A DNA stretch of 64,000 bases from an uncultured delta proteobacterium (GCA_963798485.1 CAWCTR010000023.1:73863-137862); one strand, 5' to 3'. Positions 39,836 through 49,973 are shown, numbered from the stretch's first letter. Numbers and translations: made by a program. The notes: generated from the sequence alone by a model not told the origin.

Positions 39836-41122
39836 ATGAGAAACGCTAAAAGAATAGTGCCGGGTATGGTAATTGCCGCATTCATGGGCTTCTTTCTTCT
39901 TCAGCACACAGATACACTCAATGCAGAATCCACAAATATATTCCCGGATCTCCAGAAGTTCACCGACTGTCTGGATCTTATCCAGAAGTATTACGTGGAG
40001 GAGGTAAAACCCTCTACCCTCATTGATGGTGCCATCAAGGGAATGGTCTCGGTCCTTGATCCGCATTCAGCATACCTTTCCAAGGAAGATTACAAGGAGA
40101 TGCAGATCAGCACGACCGGGTCCTTCGGCGGACTTGGCATCGAGATAGGGCTCCGTAACGGCCAGCTTACCATCATTACACCCATTGAGGGCACACCCGC
40201 CTTTACTTCCGGTATCCGCCCCGGTGACAGGATTATCAAGATCGACAGCACATTCACCAATGAAATGTCCATCGAAGATGCGGTTAAGCTTTTAAGAGGC
40301 CCCCAGGGATCGAAGGTGAAACTGACTATCCTGCGCGAGTCTCAGGAGAAACCAATTGAGGTGACCATCACCAGGGCTATCATTCATATCGACAGCGTGA
40401 TTTCTCAGATGATCGAGCCAGGGTATGGATACATCAAGGTCAGGAATTTCCAGGTGGATACCTCAGAGGCCGTGCGAAAGGCGATGCAGAAGATGATACC
40501 GCTTAAGGGACTGGTCCTTGACCTCAGATACGACCCGGGCGGGCTCCTGGATCAGGCTATTGCGGTGAGCGACCTTTTTTTAAGCGAGGGGAAGATCGTT
40601 TATACCGATGGCCGTAAACCCGAAGACCGTACCGAGTACATTGCCCACAAGGAGGGGACCTTTGAAGGGTTCCCCATCGTTGTGCTCATAAACGGCGGTA
40701 CGGCCAGCGCTGCAGAGATCGTTTCCGGGGCGTTGCAGGATAACAAGCGTGCGGTTATCGTGGGTGTGAGGAGTTTTGGCAAGGCATCGGTTCAGACCAT
40801 AAGGCCCTTGAGCGACGGGTCGGCCCTGAAACTTACCATAGCACGGTACTATACGCCCCTGGGCAGATCAATCCAGGCGAAAGGCATCGAGCCCGATGTG
40901 GTTGTGGAGCAGAAGGCGCTTGTCAAGGAAGACGCCAAGGCGCAGACCTTTGTCCGGGAAAAGGACCTGAAATCGCATCTGGAACCGGAGGGAGAAGAGC
41001 CTGCAGAGACGACAGAGGGAACTTCCGGGCCTGTGAATCTGGATAAAGACTATCAGCTCAAGTATGGGCTCGACATGCTTAAGACATGGGAGGTGTTCCA
41101 CCGTATCAAGAAGGCGGCATGA
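39836..41122 (+). CDS. ctpA: Carboxyl-terminal processing protease (S41A, PDZ)
   Basis: LDPHS, FGGLGI, DLR.DPGGLL, TASAAEI and SFGKASVQ motifs. Confidence 0.94.
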   Translation: MRNAKRIVPGMVIAAFMGFFLLQHTDTLNAESTNIFPDLQKFTDCLDLIQKYYVEEVKPSTLIDGAIKGMVSVLDPHSAYLSKEDYKEMQISTTGSFGGLGIEIGLRNGQLTIITPIEGTPAFTSGIRPGDRIIKIDSTFTNEMSIEDAVKLLRGPQGSKVKLTILRESQEKPIEVTITRAIIHIDSVISQMIEPGYGYIKVRNFQVDTSEAVRKAMQKMIPLKGLVLDLRYDPGGLLDQAIAVSDLFLSEGKIVYTDGRKPEDRTEYIAHKEGTFEGFPIVVLINGGTASAAEIVSGALQDNKRAVIVGVRSFGKASVQTIRPLSDGSALKLTIARYYTPLGRSIQAKGIEPDVVVEQKALVKEDAKAQTFVREKDLKSHLEPEGEEPAETTEGTSGPVNLDKDYQLKYGLDMLKTWEVFHRIKKAA

Positions 41123-41162
41123 GAAAGAAGAGCAGAAGGAATACGCTTAAAGGTTTAAGTTC

Positions 41163-41663
41163 ATGAAGCAGTGGTTCGTGGTGCAGACAAACCCGAAGGA
41201 AGAGAATCTTGCCTGTCTTGTCCTTTCCAAACAGAATATTCCCCTCTATCAGCCGTTCATGGAGAAGTATGTATTTCATGCCCGGAAAAAGACCCTGAAA
41301 CAATACCCGCTCTTTCCCAACTATGTCTTTGTGAACATAGCGCCTACTGAAGAAGAGTTCCATAAGGTCCGCTGGAGCAGGGGCGTGCGCAGGATACTTA
41401 TCGACAATTATCAGCCCATTCCCATCGAGGAGGAATTCATAACCTCTCTGCAGATACTTCAGGATAAGGACTCCGGCATCATCAAGAAGCCTGTTGAGTT
41501 TGCGCCAGGAGACCTGGTGCGGATCAAGTCGGGTCCCATGAAGGACCTATACGGGATCTTCGAGGAGTGGGGCTCCGATGAGGGCAGGGTAAAGATCCTG
41601 ATCCAGATGGTCAACAACCGGGCAAAGGTGGTCATGCACGCCTCCCTTATTGAAAAGGCGTAA
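41163..41663 (+). CDS. NusG paralog (RfaH/UpxY/LoaP-like antiterminator)
   Basis: WFVVQT.P.EE and PLFPNYVFV (NGN); F.PGD.V.I..GP (KOW). Confidence 0.88.
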   Translation: MKQWFVVQTNPKEENLACLVLSKQNIPLYQPFMEKYVFHARKKTLKQYPLFPNYVFVNIAPTEEEFHKVRWSRGVRRILIDNYQPIPIEEEFITSLQILQDKDSGIIKKPVEFAPGDLVRIKSGPMKDLYGIFEEWGSDEGRVKILIQMVNNRAKVVMHASLIEKA

Positions 41664-41681
41664 TCTCAGAAGGAGCCATCT

Positions 41682-43316
41682 ATTCAGAAGATCTTCGGCA
41701 ACGCCAAAACCTTAAAGGCCTCCGAGGCAAAGGCCATTGAGCGGCTTTACCGGAGGCGCATGCCGTCCAATGTGGTTGTTACCCATGAACTCTGCACAGA
41801 GCTGACCCGTATTTCTTACGATGCCGGAGTCCAGATCGGGCTGCTCATCAACAGGGTCGGCGCCATCGAATACGCCATAGCAGGAACTGCGGTCGGGATC
41901 ACCATCCCCGCGCTGCAACGTATGAGGACTCACCCGGGAAGGCTTCAGGGCCTGAGGTTTATCCACACCCACTTCAAGGATGGCCGGCTCACCTTCGAGG
42001 ATCTTACCGACCTTGCCAAGTTGCGTCTGGACATGATCTATGCTATTGAGGTAGGCAAGGACGGGCAGCCGGGGCCGGCTTATGGGGCGCACCTGGTTCC
42101 TGCGGGTGACTCCGATACCCTATGGAAACTCTTGGATCCGGTGCCCACCTACCTCATCGACATATCCTTCGACGCCTTCATTACCGAGTTGGAAAACGAG
42201 ATCACCAGGAAACAGACCGCACTTGTTGCGGGCTCGCATGAAGACCGGGCCATCTTGGTTGTGGTGGGCGCCGCAGGCGGCGAGGTCCTCAAGGACACCA
42301 TTGCGGAATTCCAGGCCCTGGCTAAGGCGTCCGAGGTCACGGTTATGGATACGGTGGTGCAGAGAAGGCCCAAGCCCGATCCTAGGTACGTGATCGGCAA
42401 GGGCAAGGTGGCGGACATCTATATCATGGCCCTGGCCAAGGACGCCAACCTCCTTATCTTCGACCATGAGCTTACGCCGTCACAGGCCCGTTCCATTGCA
42501 GAGATAGCGGACATGCGGGTTATTGACCGCACCCAGCTTATCCTCGACATCTTTGCCCGCAGGGCCCGGACCCGTGAAGGCAAGATCCAGGTGGAGCTTG
42601 CCCAGCTCAGGTATAACATGTCCCGGCTCGTCGGCAAGAACCCCTCGCTGAGCAGGCTTGCAGGGGGCATAGGCACCAGGGGGCCCGGAGAGGCCAAGCT
42701 GGAGGTCGACCGGCGCCGCGCCAAGGAACGCATGGAGCGCCTTGAAAAGGAGGCGCATCAGATCGGCCGCAAGCGCATGCTCACCAGGCTGCGCAGGGGC
42801 TCTCAGGCATTGCCGGTTATATCCATCATCGGCTATACCAACACCGGCAAGTCAACCCTGCTCAACACCCTGACCAAGAGCAGCGTGCTCACGGCAGACA
42901 TGCCCTTTGCCACGCTGGACCCCTCCAGCAAGCGTCTGAGATTCCCGAAAGACATCGAGGTGATCATCACCGATACGGTGGGATTTATCCGCGATCTCCC
43001 CAAAGACCTGAAGGCCGCCTTTGCCGCTACACTGGAAGAGTTGATGGACGCCGAGCTCCTGCTGGAGGTCATAGACCTCACCGACCCGCACATCGATTAT
43101 AGGATCCAGGCTGTGGAAGAAATCCTGAAGGGATTGAACCTCCAGGATAAACCGCGACTCAAGGTGTTCAACAAGGCTGATCAATGCAGTGCGGGACTGG
43201 CCGAGACATTGTCTGAGCGTTATCATGCAGTGGCCATCTCCGCGCTGGATAAAAAGACCCTCATCCCTCTCATTGAGCGGATGCAGAACTATTTTGTGCA
43301 CAGAAAAGCATTCTGA
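41682..43316 (+). CDS. hflX: GTPase HflX with N-terminal extension, probable ATT start
   Basis: IDRTQLILDIFA, GTRGPGE, GYTNTGKST, FATLD, DTVGFI and NKAD; in-frame IQKIFGN..LKAS....IERLYRRR upstream of the first ATG, with AAGGAG RBS. Confidence 0.92.
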   Translation: MQKIFGNAKTLKASEAKAIERLYRRRMPSNVVVTHELCTELTRISYDAGVQIGLLINRVGAIEYAIAGTAVGITIPALQRMRTHPGRLQGLRFIHTHFKDGRLTFEDLTDLAKLRLDMIYAIEVGKDGQPGPAYGAHLVPAGDSDTLWKLLDPVPTYLIDISFDAFITELENEITRKQTALVAGSHEDRAILVVVGAAGGEVLKDTIAEFQALAKASEVTVMDTVVQRRPKPDPRYVIGKGKVADIYIMALAKDANLLIFDHELTPSQARSIAEIADMRVIDRTQLILDIFARRARTREGKIQVELAQLRYNMSRLVGKNPSLSRLAGGIGTRGPGEAKLEVDRRRAKERMERLEKEAHQIGRKRMLTRLRRGSQALPVISIIGYTNTGKSTLLNTLTKSSVLTADMPFATLDPSSKRLRFPKDIEVIITDTVGFIRDLPKDLKAAFAATLEELMDAELLLEVIDLTDPHIDYRIQAVEEILKGLNLQDKPRLKVFNKADQCSAGLAETLSERYHAVAISALDKKTLIPLIERMQNYFVHRKAF

Positions 43317-46300
43317 TTACTGAGCTTTTTCCCCTATGAGCCGCAGCGCCTCGTCGATAAGCCGCCCGGGGAGCTTCAGCGACCTCAGAAGGGATGCCGC
43401 GACCGTGTTGGACAGGGTATTGACGGGCTCCAGCCTGACCTTGGGTTCATCCATCGTTCCCTTAAGACCCATGCTCACCACGATCATCTTTCCCTTATCG
43501 CCGGTGAGCACCCAGCCAACGAGCGGGATCTTGCTGATGGTCCAGTCCACACTCTCTAAAGGTTGGATGCCGATATGGGCATCGATCTTCTTGGTTTTTA
43601 AGGCATACTTCCCTACGGCAGAGATCTGAATGGAATTGCTCTCAAGCGCGAAATCATCGAAATCCACCACATTGTCCTTTATATTCATGGTCGAGGAGAT
43701 GCGATTATAGGTGAAGTGATTGCTCAGGAAGTCGATGTCCCGATTCTGGATGATCTTATATACATTCAGCAAAGAGAAGATCTGCGAGACAAGCGTATAT
43801 TTCCGGATCTCACCATCCCTGGCGGCAATGGTAAGCGTCCCGTTTAAAGAATCTGTCTGACCGAAGATGCGCCCGTGTAGGTCAAGGGTGCCATCGATAA
43901 CGGATTTGATATGTGTTGCGCGCAACAGCTTGCGCATATCGGCGCCTTGGATGGAGACCATCATGTCAAAGGTCGAGGAGCCGTCTACGCCAATATTCAT
44001 AGCCCCCTTGGCGGTCCCTGAGACGGTCTCCAGCTCCACGCCCGAAAGGCTCAAGATTCCGTCTTTCAGATCCGCCTGGGCGGTTGCGTTCTCAACAGGC
44101 AGGCCTAAGAATATGCAATCGACAAACTTCAGCGATGCCTCAGCTTGTAACCCTTCCAGCCCTTTCAGCGATGCGCCCCCATCTCCTGTGCCCAGGCCCT
44201 TTATAACAGCGCTTCCCTTGAAGTACGGCTTATTATCGTACTTGAGTTTCCCGCTTAACGTTACCGTAGTATCGCCTGAGGCGATCAGCAGGGCATCGGA
44301 TGAGATGATAGGTGTGCTGATGGCAAGCGGGCCGTTTATGGTGACGAGGCCGTCCTGATAGGGTAGCGTTGCATTGCTTAAGCCGAGGTTTCCTTGAACT
44401 GATGTGAGATCCCCCCAGGAGATTTGGAGAGAGCCATCCGCAATGCCCTTTAACGCCTGGACGCCCCGAGAATTTCTCGTTGATATGTCCTTGAGGTTCA
44501 GCTTGCCCGACAATGTTACAGAACCTGTGCCAGGCTTGATGCCGGCAGTACCGGTCAGCGAGCCGGATGAAGTATGGATAACCATGTTGCTTACATCGAT
44601 TGCAGTTTGTTTTTCAAACCCGGCCTTGAAGTCACCTTTTATGGAGGCACCCAGAGATGAAAAGGAATTGCCGCCGGTTGCATAAGCGATGCTTGAGGTA
44701 TTCAATTCAAAGGAGCCTTTGAGGCTCTCTGCCTTCCCCGACCCTGTGAGCTTGAGGGTGGAGTTTTCCAAGGCGATCTTCCCCATGGGCGGCAGGTGGT
44801 CGGCAATCAGTGTATAACGAGAGAGATTCTCCCCGAAAGGCGCAACCAGACTTACATCAAGCCTCTTGATATGGGTATTATCGAATGAACCGCTTAAGAT
44901 GATGCGTTGTGGTGTGGAGAAGCTGTCTGCATGGATAGAGCCTGATTGATCGGCAATGGTATGCGTCCCCCAGTTGTACGTGCACCCGGTAAGACGGATA
45001 TCCCCCTTGCTCTTGAAGGGATTTTTGACGGATTCATCGTAATAGGTGCTTACCAGGGCCTTTATCTGACCGCTTTTTACCTTGGTAACCGGGTTTAAGA
45101 TCTTGTAGATTCCTTGTGGCACCATTGCGGCACGCCACGCGCGGATGAAATCGGATGCAGGCATATCCAGGTCTACATCCACTCCTATATGCCAGAATGG
45201 CTTCACCACCTTTGAGAACACGATATCCACCCTCTTCAGGCTTGATCCGCCCACGACCCCGGAGATGTTGGTGAGCCTTATATCACCCTTCCCATAGATT
45301 ACCCGGCCCTGTATGCCGGTTATTCTCTCAGGGGCATAAAGGGTGCTGAAACTCTGGGAGTTAAGGTCCTGGACCACATAGAGGTCTTGCATGAGGTTTT
45401 CCCCGGACAGGAAGTCCTTGATACGGCCGTTGTACCTTGCCATGGAAAACCGGGACCGGCCGCCCCTGATTTGTTTTGTAAGCAGGGTCTTGAGCCAATC
45501 GGGGAACATCTGAACCGGAAGCGCATCAACCACTTTATCGTAGTCGAAATCCTTGGAAACAGCCTCCACGTTGAGCACTGCGTCCTTCCATGTTTCCATA
45601 TCCTTTAACCCGATAACCTCTCCCTTACCAGATATCGTTATGACCGGGGTCTTGATTGAGATGTCCGTGAAGTTCATGTGCCTTACATCACCGGATAAGG
45701 CGGCTGTGACTATGAGCTTGCTCATGGTGCCGCGCAGGCAGGGGAGGGCCAGGTCTTTTGCCTGGAATGAAAACGAGCCGGTCTTTGTGTCTTTAGTATC
45801 TTCTATGGTGAAACTCATGTGAGCAATACCCTTGAAACCGGCATCAATCCGGTCAAGGGGGATACCATAGGCATCAAAGGTCACCTTCCCGGGCTCGACC
45901 AGGTCGGCCTGGAGGAGCACCCTGCCGCCAAGGGTGCGGGCCCTGAGGTTGACCCAATCCTTAGTGATGCGGCCGCTCAGATCGGTCAGAGGAAAATCCA
46001 TGCCCTGGTAGGTAAACTTTACCGAGCCCTTCCACAGGATTACTACAGGGCGGTTGCCGGAGGCCTGATGGAGCTTGAGCCGCCTCAGTCCCTCAACATC
46101 GACCTCACCCTCAGGCTCCACAAGCCTGAGCTTGTTGACGTTTATATCTCCGAAGATGAGTCTCCAGATCGTGAGATATGCGGTGATGCTTTTCACGCGC
46201 AGCGTGAGGGCCCCGGGGGAGTCAATAGTGACATTGGTGAGGATGACACGCGGGCCCTGTTTCCATTCGACACGTGCCCTGGCAATGGAAATGGGCAAGG

Positions 46301-46448
46301 GAAAGTGCTCTCGCAGCTGATTTTGCACTGCCGATGTCACCGCCTCCGGGGATCTGGCGGCAAGACGGGTAAAGAAAACAGCAGCACCCACCATCACAAC
46401 AATGACCACGAGCACTGCAACTGCAATGATCTTTAAGGATCTCTTCAT
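43317..46448 (-). CDS. AsmA/YhdP-like bridge protein
   Basis: N-terminal TM anchor, beta-rich body and AsmA-like C-terminus (ISKIPLVGWVLTG, GTMDEPKV). Confidence 0.82.
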   Translation of the reverse strand: MKRSLKIIAVAVLVVIVVMVGAAVFFTRLAARSPEAVTSAVQNQLREHFPLPISIARARVEWKQGPRVILTNVTIDSPGALTLRVKSITAYLTIWRLIFGDINVNKLRLVEPEGEVDVEGLRRLKLHQASGNRPVVILWKGSVKFTYQGMDFPLTDLSGRITKDWVNLRARTLGGRVLLQADLVEPGKVTFDAYGIPLDRIDAGFKGIAHMSFTIEDTKDTKTGSFSFQAKDLALPCLRGTMSKLIVTAALSGDVRHMNFTDISIKTPVITISGKGEVIGLKDMETWKDAVLNVEAVSKDFDYDKVVDALPVQMFPDWLKTLLTKQIRGGRSRFSMARYNGRIKDFLSGENLMQDLYVVQDLNSQSFSTLYAPERITGIQGRVIYGKGDIRLTNISGVVGGSSLKRVDIVFSKVVKPFWHIGVDVDLDMPASDFIRAWRAAMVPQGIYKILNPVTKVKSGQIKALVSTYYDESVKNPFKSKGDIRLTGCTYNWGTHTIADQSGSIHADSFSTPQRIILSGSFDNTHIKRLDVSLVAPFGENLSRYTLIADHLPPMGKIALENSTLKLTGSGKAESLKGSFELNTSSIAYATGGNSFSSLGASIKGDFKAGFEKQTAIDVSNMVIHTSSGSLTGTAGIKPGTGSVTLSGKLNLKDISTRNSRGVQALKGIADGSLQISWGDLTSVQGNLGLSNATLPYQDGLVTINGPLAISTPIISSDALLIASGDTTVTLSGKLKYDNKPYFKGSAVIKGLGTGDGGASLKGLEGLQAEASLKFVDCIFLGLPVENATAQADLKDGILSLSGVELETVSGTAKGAMNIGVDGSSTFDMMVSIQGADMRKLLRATHIKSVIDGTLDLHGRIFGQTDSLNGTLTIAARDGEIRKYTLVSQIFSLLNVYKIIQNRDIDFLSNHFTYNRISSTMNIKDNVVDFDDFALESNSIQISAVGKYALKTKKIDAHIGIQPLESVDWTISKIPLVGWVLTGDKGKMIVVSMGLKGTMDEPKVRLEPVNTLSNTVAASLLRSLKLPGRLIDEALRLIGEKAQ

Positions 46449-46541
46449 AGCATTCCCTTATCCATTAGAACAGAGAACATTAAAATTGCAAGTATTTGTG
46501 CTCATTTTCCCTAAACATAAGATTTTGTTCTTTCGGGCTCC

Positions 46542-46570
46542 TTGACGGATTCTTGTTAAACTGATACACT
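46542..46570 (+). promoter_or_regulatory. Sigma70 promoter of serS (leaderless geometry)
   Basis: TTGACG-17 nt-(TGa)TACACT, 6 nt before ATG 46577; no SD sequence. Confidence 0.7.
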
Positions 46571-46576
46571 GTGTGC

Positions 46577-47848
46577 ATGTTAGATCCTAAATATATCAGA
46601 CAAAACATAGAGTTAGTAAAGACGGCCTTGAAGAACAGGGGTGCTTCACTTGGGCTCGATCCCCTGATGGGAAAGGATAACGAACGCAGGGCCCTCATCG
46701 GCAAGGCCGAGGAGCTCAAGGCCGCCCGCAACCAGTTCACCCAGAAGATCTCGCGCGCCAAGGGGCAAGGCGGCGACATGGAGCAGGAGAAGGCCGAGAT
46801 GCGTAGGATCTCCGATGAGATCAAGTCTCTCGATACGCAGATCAGGGAGGTAGAGGCCGCCATGGAGCTGTTCGCCATGGAGATCCCCAATATCCCCCAC
46901 GCAAGCGTGCCCATCGGCTCAGGCTCGGACGATAATCAGCTCGTCCGCAGCTGGGGCGAGAAGCCTCAGTTTGATTTCGCCCCAAAGGATCACTGGGATG
47001 TGGGTGAGAGCCTGGGCATTCTCGACTTCAAGAGGGCTGCCAAGATTACCGGGGCCAGGTTTACGGTGAGCTGGGGGCTTGGCTCGCGCCTCGAACGTTC
47101 GCTGATAAATTTCATGCTCGACGTGCATACGAAGGAGCATGGCTGCACAGAGGTCTGGACACCGTTCATGACGAACAAGGACAGCATGACCGCAACCGGC
47201 CAGCTCCCGAAATTCGAAGAGGAGCTGTTCCGGACCGATGATTACTATCTCGTTCCGACCGCAGAGGTGCCTGTCACCAATCTCTACCGGGATGAGACCC
47301 TGGCCGAGGAGGCCCTTCCCATAAAGCTCGTGGCATATACCCCCTGTTTCAGAAGGGAGGCAGGATCTTACGGAAAAGACACCCGCGGGCTCATCCGGCA
47401 GCACCAGTTCAACAAGGTGGAGCTGGTGAGGTTCGCCCACCCTGACCGCTCCTTCACTGATCTCGAAGAGCTTACCTCAGAGGCTGAAGAAATCCTCAAG
47501 AAGCTCGGACTCCACTATCGGGTGGTCGTGCTCTGCACGGGTGACCTCGGTTTCTCCTCGGCAAAGACGTATGATATCGAGGTGTGGATGCCGGCACAGG
47601 GCGTGTACCGTGAGATATCTTCGTGCAGCAATTTTGTCGACTTCCAGTCGCGCAGGGGCCGGATCCGCTTCAAGTCGAAGCAGGGCAAGAAGTCCGAACT
47701 CTGCCATACGCTCAATGGGAGCGGCCTGGCTGTGGGAAGGACCGTTGCCGCCATTCTGGAGAATTATCAGCTCAAAGATGGAACAGTCAGGGTCCCCGAA
47801 GCGCTCAAACCCTATATGGGAGTTGACCTCATAGCGTCCATCGGTTAA
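46577..47848 (+). CDS. serS: Seryl-tRNA synthetase
   Basis: MLDPK, TGQLPKF, PTAEVP, FRREAG, RQHQF.KVE, EISSCSN and TLNGSGLA motifs. Confidence 0.98.
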   Translation: MLDPKYIRQNIELVKTALKNRGASLGLDPLMGKDNERRALIGKAEELKAARNQFTQKISRAKGQGGDMEQEKAEMRRISDEIKSLDTQIREVEAAMELFAMEIPNIPHASVPIGSGSDDNQLVRSWGEKPQFDFAPKDHWDVGESLGILDFKRAAKITGARFTVSWGLGSRLERSLINFMLDVHTKEHGCTEVWTPFMTNKDSMTATGQLPKFEEELFRTDDYYLVPTAEVPVTNLYRDETLAEEALPIKLVAYTPCFRREAGSYGKDTRGLIRQHQFNKVELVRFAHPDRSFTDLEELTSEAEEILKKLGLHYRVVVLCTGDLGFSSAKTYDIEVWMPAQGVYREISSCSNFVDFQSRRGRIRFKSKQGKKSELCHTLNGSGLAVGRTVAAILENYQLKDGTVRVPEALKPYMGVDLIASIG

Positions 47849-47862
47849 AGGTAAATCCGTGC

Positions 47863-47950
47863 GGAGGGATGGCCGAGTGGTTGAAGGCGGCGGTCTTGAA
47901 AACCGTTGTGCCGCAAGGTACCGCGGGTTCGAATCCTGCTCCCTCCGCCA
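47863..47950 (+). tRNA. tRNA-Ser (anticodon UGA)
   Basis: GGAGGGA/TCCCTCC acceptor stem, CT-TGA-AA anticodon loop, long variable arm, GTTCGAATCC T-arm and encoded CCA. Confidence 0.97.
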
Positions 47951-48071
47951 TTTTTCTTTTTAATGTGGTTCTTTCCTCCAATTGTTTTCACCACGAAGAG
48001 CACGAAGAAAATCATAGGACAAAATGCTTAACGTCCGTCCGGAGCACCTTCACGTTGAAGTTGATCATCCG

Positions 48072-48102
48072 GTAGGTTGGGTCGAACTAGTGAAACCCAA
48101 CA
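48072..48102 (+). repeat. GTAG-type REP-like palindrome
   Basis: GTAG-GTTGGGT-CGAACTAGTGAA-ACCCAAC: GTAG tetranucleotide at the foot of a 7-bp stem. Confidence 0.7.
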
Positions 48103-48148
48103 ACAAGACTGGAATTTAATCGACTCCAACCCGATGTATTGACCTTTT

Positions 48149-48472
48149 TCACCTCTTTGCCTGAGCAATTTTCTTCATGGCTGTGTATTCATGAACGTGT
48201 GAAAGCTTGCGACCAAGGCCTAGCGCGGCTGTTTTAAGGTCGTAATCCGCTTGTAGGTTCAGCCAATATTGCGGGGTTTGGCCAAAGGCCTTGCCAAACA
48301 ATAAGGCCATTTCAGCCGTTACAGGCCGCTTGCCATTGACGACATGGGATATCCGCATGGTGGAAAGCCCTACAATACGGGCAAACGCCGCCTGGGAAAG
48401 GCCTGATTCGTCCAGGATCTCTCTAAGAAATCCACCCGGATGTACCGGGGGCAAACCGTTCAGTGTACCCAT
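48149..48472 (-). CDS. higA: HigA-family antitoxin
   Basis: PPVHPG.FLRE, HTH, VTAEMAL...KAFG.TPQYWLNLQ..YDL. Confidence 0.93.
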   Translation of the reverse strand: MGTLNGLPPVHPGGFLREILDESGLSQAAFARIVGLSTMRISHVVNGKRPVTAEMALLFGKAFGQTPQYWLNLQADYDLKTAALGLGRKLSHVHEYTAMKKIAQAKR

Positions 48473-48484
48473 ATCTTCATCTCC

Positions 48485-48550
48485 CTAGTGGTAATCGATG
48501 ATCTCTACGCTGTAAGCGTCGTGGTTTTCCCAAATAAAACAAATACGCCA
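48485..48550 (-). pseudogene. higB: 3' remnant of a HigB (RelE-like) toxin gene
   Basis: Manual translation WRICFIWENHDAYSVEIIDYH* matches the HigB C-terminus, directly upstream of higA; no in-frame start or upstream homology. Confidence 0.85.
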
Positions 48551-48627
48551 TAGAGAATAATAGGGACGTCCATAAATACATAAACATCCCCACCTTTTTT
48601 CTAATCAAAATAGAGTTTTGCTTTTTC

Positions 48628-49569
48628 CTATTTAATCTTCCTATGGACACCATCATGACAAACCGTACATAATGTCATCAAATTCTCTTCCTCGTTATTA
48701 CCTCCATGCACATGATGCTTCACATGGTGCAATTCCAAATGGCGAGGGTCAGAGGGATTCCACTCCTTATGAGACCAACCGCATTCCTTGCATGTATATC
48801 CATCCCTTCTAAGCACCGCCCTCCTCACCTCGTCAGGGATGTCTCTGTCATGCTCCGGGCTTTGGCGATCGGCCTGCAGTACGTAAACCCCCATAGGCAG
48901 CTCCGGATTACCCGTGGTCTTGGTGGCAACCGGCCAGCCGAATTCGGTCCTGAGTTCCCTCACTCGCCTTGCCCATTCAGTTTTATCACCGGCCACATAG
49001 CGGAGCTCTTCTCCGGTGACCTGTCTGCCAACATTCTCCCTCAGGAACTTCAGAATCTTATCACGAACAGAGATCTTTTCCTTTCGAATCGTATTGGCGG
49101 TAAACCACCTATGGGCCGCATCACGATCTTTATCTTCAGTGAGAAGGACGTACTCGTTCGGCTTCATGGCAGCAGTCTCATCCGAAACGTCCGTTTCTCC
49201 TGCTTCCCTCATTTCTTTCATGGTCACACCTGTAGCGATGGCCCAGCCGAATTGTACCCTCAACTCGCGGACCCTTCGCGCATATTCCTGGATACCGGAG
49301 ACTACGAGCAACTCATCGCCGTGGATCACGGTTCTCGGGTAACTTAGAAAATAATGAAGGATACGATCCCGTGCGGAGGCCTTGTACTGACCGGGGATTA
49401 ATGACTTGCCGAGATCCCGCAGGCTCTTGAAGATTGGGATCATGGCCAGTACCTTTCCGCGCAATTCGCCGGTTCGAAGCTCGACCTTGAAATTCTTGAT
49501 AAGGCCTTCGGCCTTTTTCCTGAGCTTCTCCGGATCTTTGATTTCGGGTTTAACTTTATTTATCTTCAT
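48628..49569 (-). CDS. HNH endonuclease, candidate restriction enzyme
   Basis: VLRRDGYTCKEC...LELHH......GGNN..ENL.TLC..CH; two internal repeats; overlaps vsr. Confidence 0.85.
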   Translation of the reverse strand: MKINKVKPEIKDPEKLRKKAEGLIKNFKVELRTGELRGKVLAMIPIFKSLRDLGKSLIPGQYKASARDRILHYFLSYPRTVIHGDELLVVSGIQEYARRVRELRVQFGWAIATGVTMKEMREAGETDVSDETAAMKPNEYVLLTEDKDRDAAHRWFTANTIRKEKISVRDKILKFLRENVGRQVTGEELRYVAGDKTEWARRVRELRTEFGWPVATKTTGNPELPMGVYVLQADRQSPEHDRDIPDEVRRAVLRRDGYTCKECGWSHKEWNPSDPRHLELHHVKHHVHGGNNEEENLMTLCTVCHDGVHRKIK

Positions 49570-49972
49570 GTAAAAATCTCTCCAGCTTGACTAATACCTT
49601 GTCGGGTTTTTTCAGCTCGCACTCCCAAAGCACCAGAAACTTCCATCCCAATGTTCGCAGATCCCTCCGAAACCGCTTGTCCCTTTCTATGTTCAGATCG
49701 AGCTTCCGGTTCCAAAATTCCTCGTTCGTGGAAGGGCGCTTCGACCGGGGACACCCTCTATGACCATGCCAAAAACAACCATGAACGAACACGACCTTTC
49801 TATGCCGTGGCAACACGATATCCGGTTTTCCCGGAAGACCGCGCCCATCGATCCTGAAGCGGAACCCCATTTTATGTATGTATGACCGAACCAACACCTC
49901 GGGCTTCGTATTGAGGCCCTTGATTCGGCTCATGATCAGACTTCTCTTCTCCTTTGAAAAGACGTCGGCCAT
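49556..49972 (-). CDS. vsr: Very short patch repair endonuclease
   Basis: MADVFS.EKRS.IMSRI...NTKPE, LPGKPDIV, FVHGCFWHGH and LWECE motifs. Confidence 0.96.
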   Translation of the reverse strand: MADVFSKEKRSLIMSRIKGLNTKPEVLVRSYIHKMGFRFRIDGRGLPGKPDIVLPRHRKVVFVHGCFWHGHRGCPRSKRPSTNEEFWNRKLDLNIERDKRFRRDLRTLGWKFLVLWECELKKPDKVLVKLERFLHEDK

Positions 49973-49973
49973 G

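Noticed and set aside
41111-41125. ops-like GGCGGCATGAG upstream of the NusG paralog
   Set aside because: Poor match to GGCGGTAGnnTG and explained by the last ctpA codons.
47869-48075. 68-aa ORF in the ORF track
   Set aside because: It overlaps tRNA-Ser; spurious.
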